DNA of 20,000 nucleotides from Craspedostauros australis (lineage: Eukaryota), in the NCBI GenBank assembly GCA_030167865.1, contig JALAGF010003940.1, positions 46,412 to 66,411 on the forward strand, read 5' to 3'. The translations under genes and the position numbers were made by a program. Position 1 is the first letter of the stretch, and each line of letters starts with the position of its first letter. This document shows positions 18,815-20,000 of the stretch, piece after piece. The notes under the pieces are model-generated. The model saw only the letters and a program-made list of their open reading frames with translations, was not told the DNA's origin and made no database searches.

Positions 18815-19885
18815 ATGTCATTCAGTGCAATTGGGGCCGGCGGAGCCTCTGAGAAAGTGCCACACACCGAGTTCTGGTTCCTCAAGACGGTCAAGAACGA
18901 TGGGTTCCATGAGGTGAAGAAGAAAGTCCTGCAAAATTCCGGTCCCATGAAATTCATGGCCTTTGTGGGAGAGATGAAGTCTCTGTGTGATAAGGATTCT
19001 AAATTCAAGGATGCGCTCGACGAAGCACTCATGTCCGTGAAGAATCCTTGGGGCTACAACAACTTCTTCCAAAAGTATAAAGGCGAGGATGCACGGATGA
19101 GGGATATGTCGGAGAGGATCTATCGTGCCATCAAGCTTGATCCACTCTTCAAAAATCCCGAGTTCTGGGACATAGACTTGAGTCCACGGAAGGTGCAAAA
19201 AATGATAGCATTGACGCTCAAAGCAAGCAAAGGTACTAGCACAATAGATGAAACGATCATCGACGACATCCGAAGTGCCAGGATGGACGCAATCAAGACC
19301 ATGACAAACCCCCCTCTTGAGGGGGCCGCCAAGGCGATATGGAGCGAGTCGATTTTATTTGTGGTCCGTGGGAAGTCTTTGAACCCACTGCACCGATGGC
19401 TCACCGACCCCCATAATGTGAAGATCGTTTGCACACTCAACCCCTTTTCCGAGATAAACGACGCCGTGCTCGACGTGCCGCTCCCGGTCATAACAACCAA
19501 ATTGGATCAAGTTTATGCGAGTATCTCCAAGGACCGTCTTCGTCGCTTATTCTGCGATCCATGCCACGCCAACAACCAGAAGCTCTCGGCATTCTACATC
19601 GGCGATCTGGCTTTTCGACACAAGGGCAACACCAACGCCCTCGGGACAGCCTATGTTCCAGATGGTGAGAACGAAGCTGGAAGCAGCGATCTCGTCCTTG
19701 TGTGTCAGGAATCGAGGGTACGACTCTGTCGGAAAGATACCCATGATTGCCGCAACTCCCAACATTATTTGTCACACCTTTGGATATTATTTGTCACACC
19801 TTTGAATATTACACATTCCACCCACGACACGAATCACACGGGAATGACCTCAGTCTTACCAAGAAAACAAGCCTGTCCTCTGTGA
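18815..19885 (+). CDS. Hypothetical (orphan) protein; the real coding exon probably ends at 19717 at a GTACGA donor
   Basis: 356-codon ORF with a CAAG-ATG start after a CA-rich leader. The first ~301 codons are protein-like; after AGG|GTACGA (19718) the sequence becomes AT-rich and repetitive. No family recognised. Confidence 0.65.
   Translation: MSFSAIGAGGASEKVPHTEFWFLKTVKNDGFHEVKKKVLQNSGPMKFMAFVGEMKSLCDKDSKFKDALDEALMSVKNPWGYNNFFQKYKGEDARMRDMSERIYRAIKLDPLFKNPEFWDIDLSPRKVQKMIALTLKASKGTSTIDETIIDDIRSARMDAIKTMTNPPLEGAAKAIWSESILFVVRGKSLNPLHRWLTDPHNVKIVCTLNPFSEINDAVLDVPLPVITTKLDQVYASISKDRLRRLFCDPCHANNQKLSAFYIGDLAFRHKGNTNALGTAYVPDGENEAGSSDLVLVCQESRVRLCRKDTHDCRNSQHYLSHLWILFVTPLNITHSTHDTNHTGMTSVLPRKQACPL
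19764..19811. repeat. 22-bp tandem duplication (ATTATTTGTCACACCTTTGRAT x2, one mismatch)
   Basis: Copies at 19764-19785 and 19786-19807, plus a partial ATTA. Confidence 0.93.
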
Positions 19886-20000
19886 ACAAAGAAAAGGCCA
19901 CGACATCTAGATCAAAGTGAAGGAAGATGATGACCGACACATTGATGATCACCCCATCTGGAGATCATGGCACGTGTCACCCAGGGACTAGAACAACTCA

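Noticed and set aside
19764-19811. 22-bp repeat considered as CRISPR-like
   Set aside because: Only two adjacent copies, no spacer, eukaryotic context.

Overview
Eukaryotic nuclear DNA, most likely from a pennate diatom. This is inferred from GT-AG introns (GTACGT-type donors), a DUF6824 gene, an ASAFAP-like plastid presequence, RXL motifs and CAAG-ATG start contexts. Eight protein-coding loci are supported: a 3-exon casein kinase 1 (minus strand), a BC-box/LRR protein, a probably plastid-targeted fusion of a ketopantoate-reductase-like domain with an internally deleted DAO-family FAD domain, a type I membrane protein with RXL motifs, a DUF6824 protein, a signal-peptide hypothetical protein, a 2-exon mitochondrial Rid1-type (YjgF) deaminase, and an orphan ORF at the right edge. 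The 11.1-13.9 kb region is gene-poor and holds microsatellites and a possible decayed ORF. No RNA genes, CRISPR arrays or intact mobile elements were seen. The most striking observation is the KPR-like/DAO fusion, whose second domain keeps its FAD-binding motifs but lacks most of the substrate-binding region. Family assignments come from motif recognition only; no searches were run.
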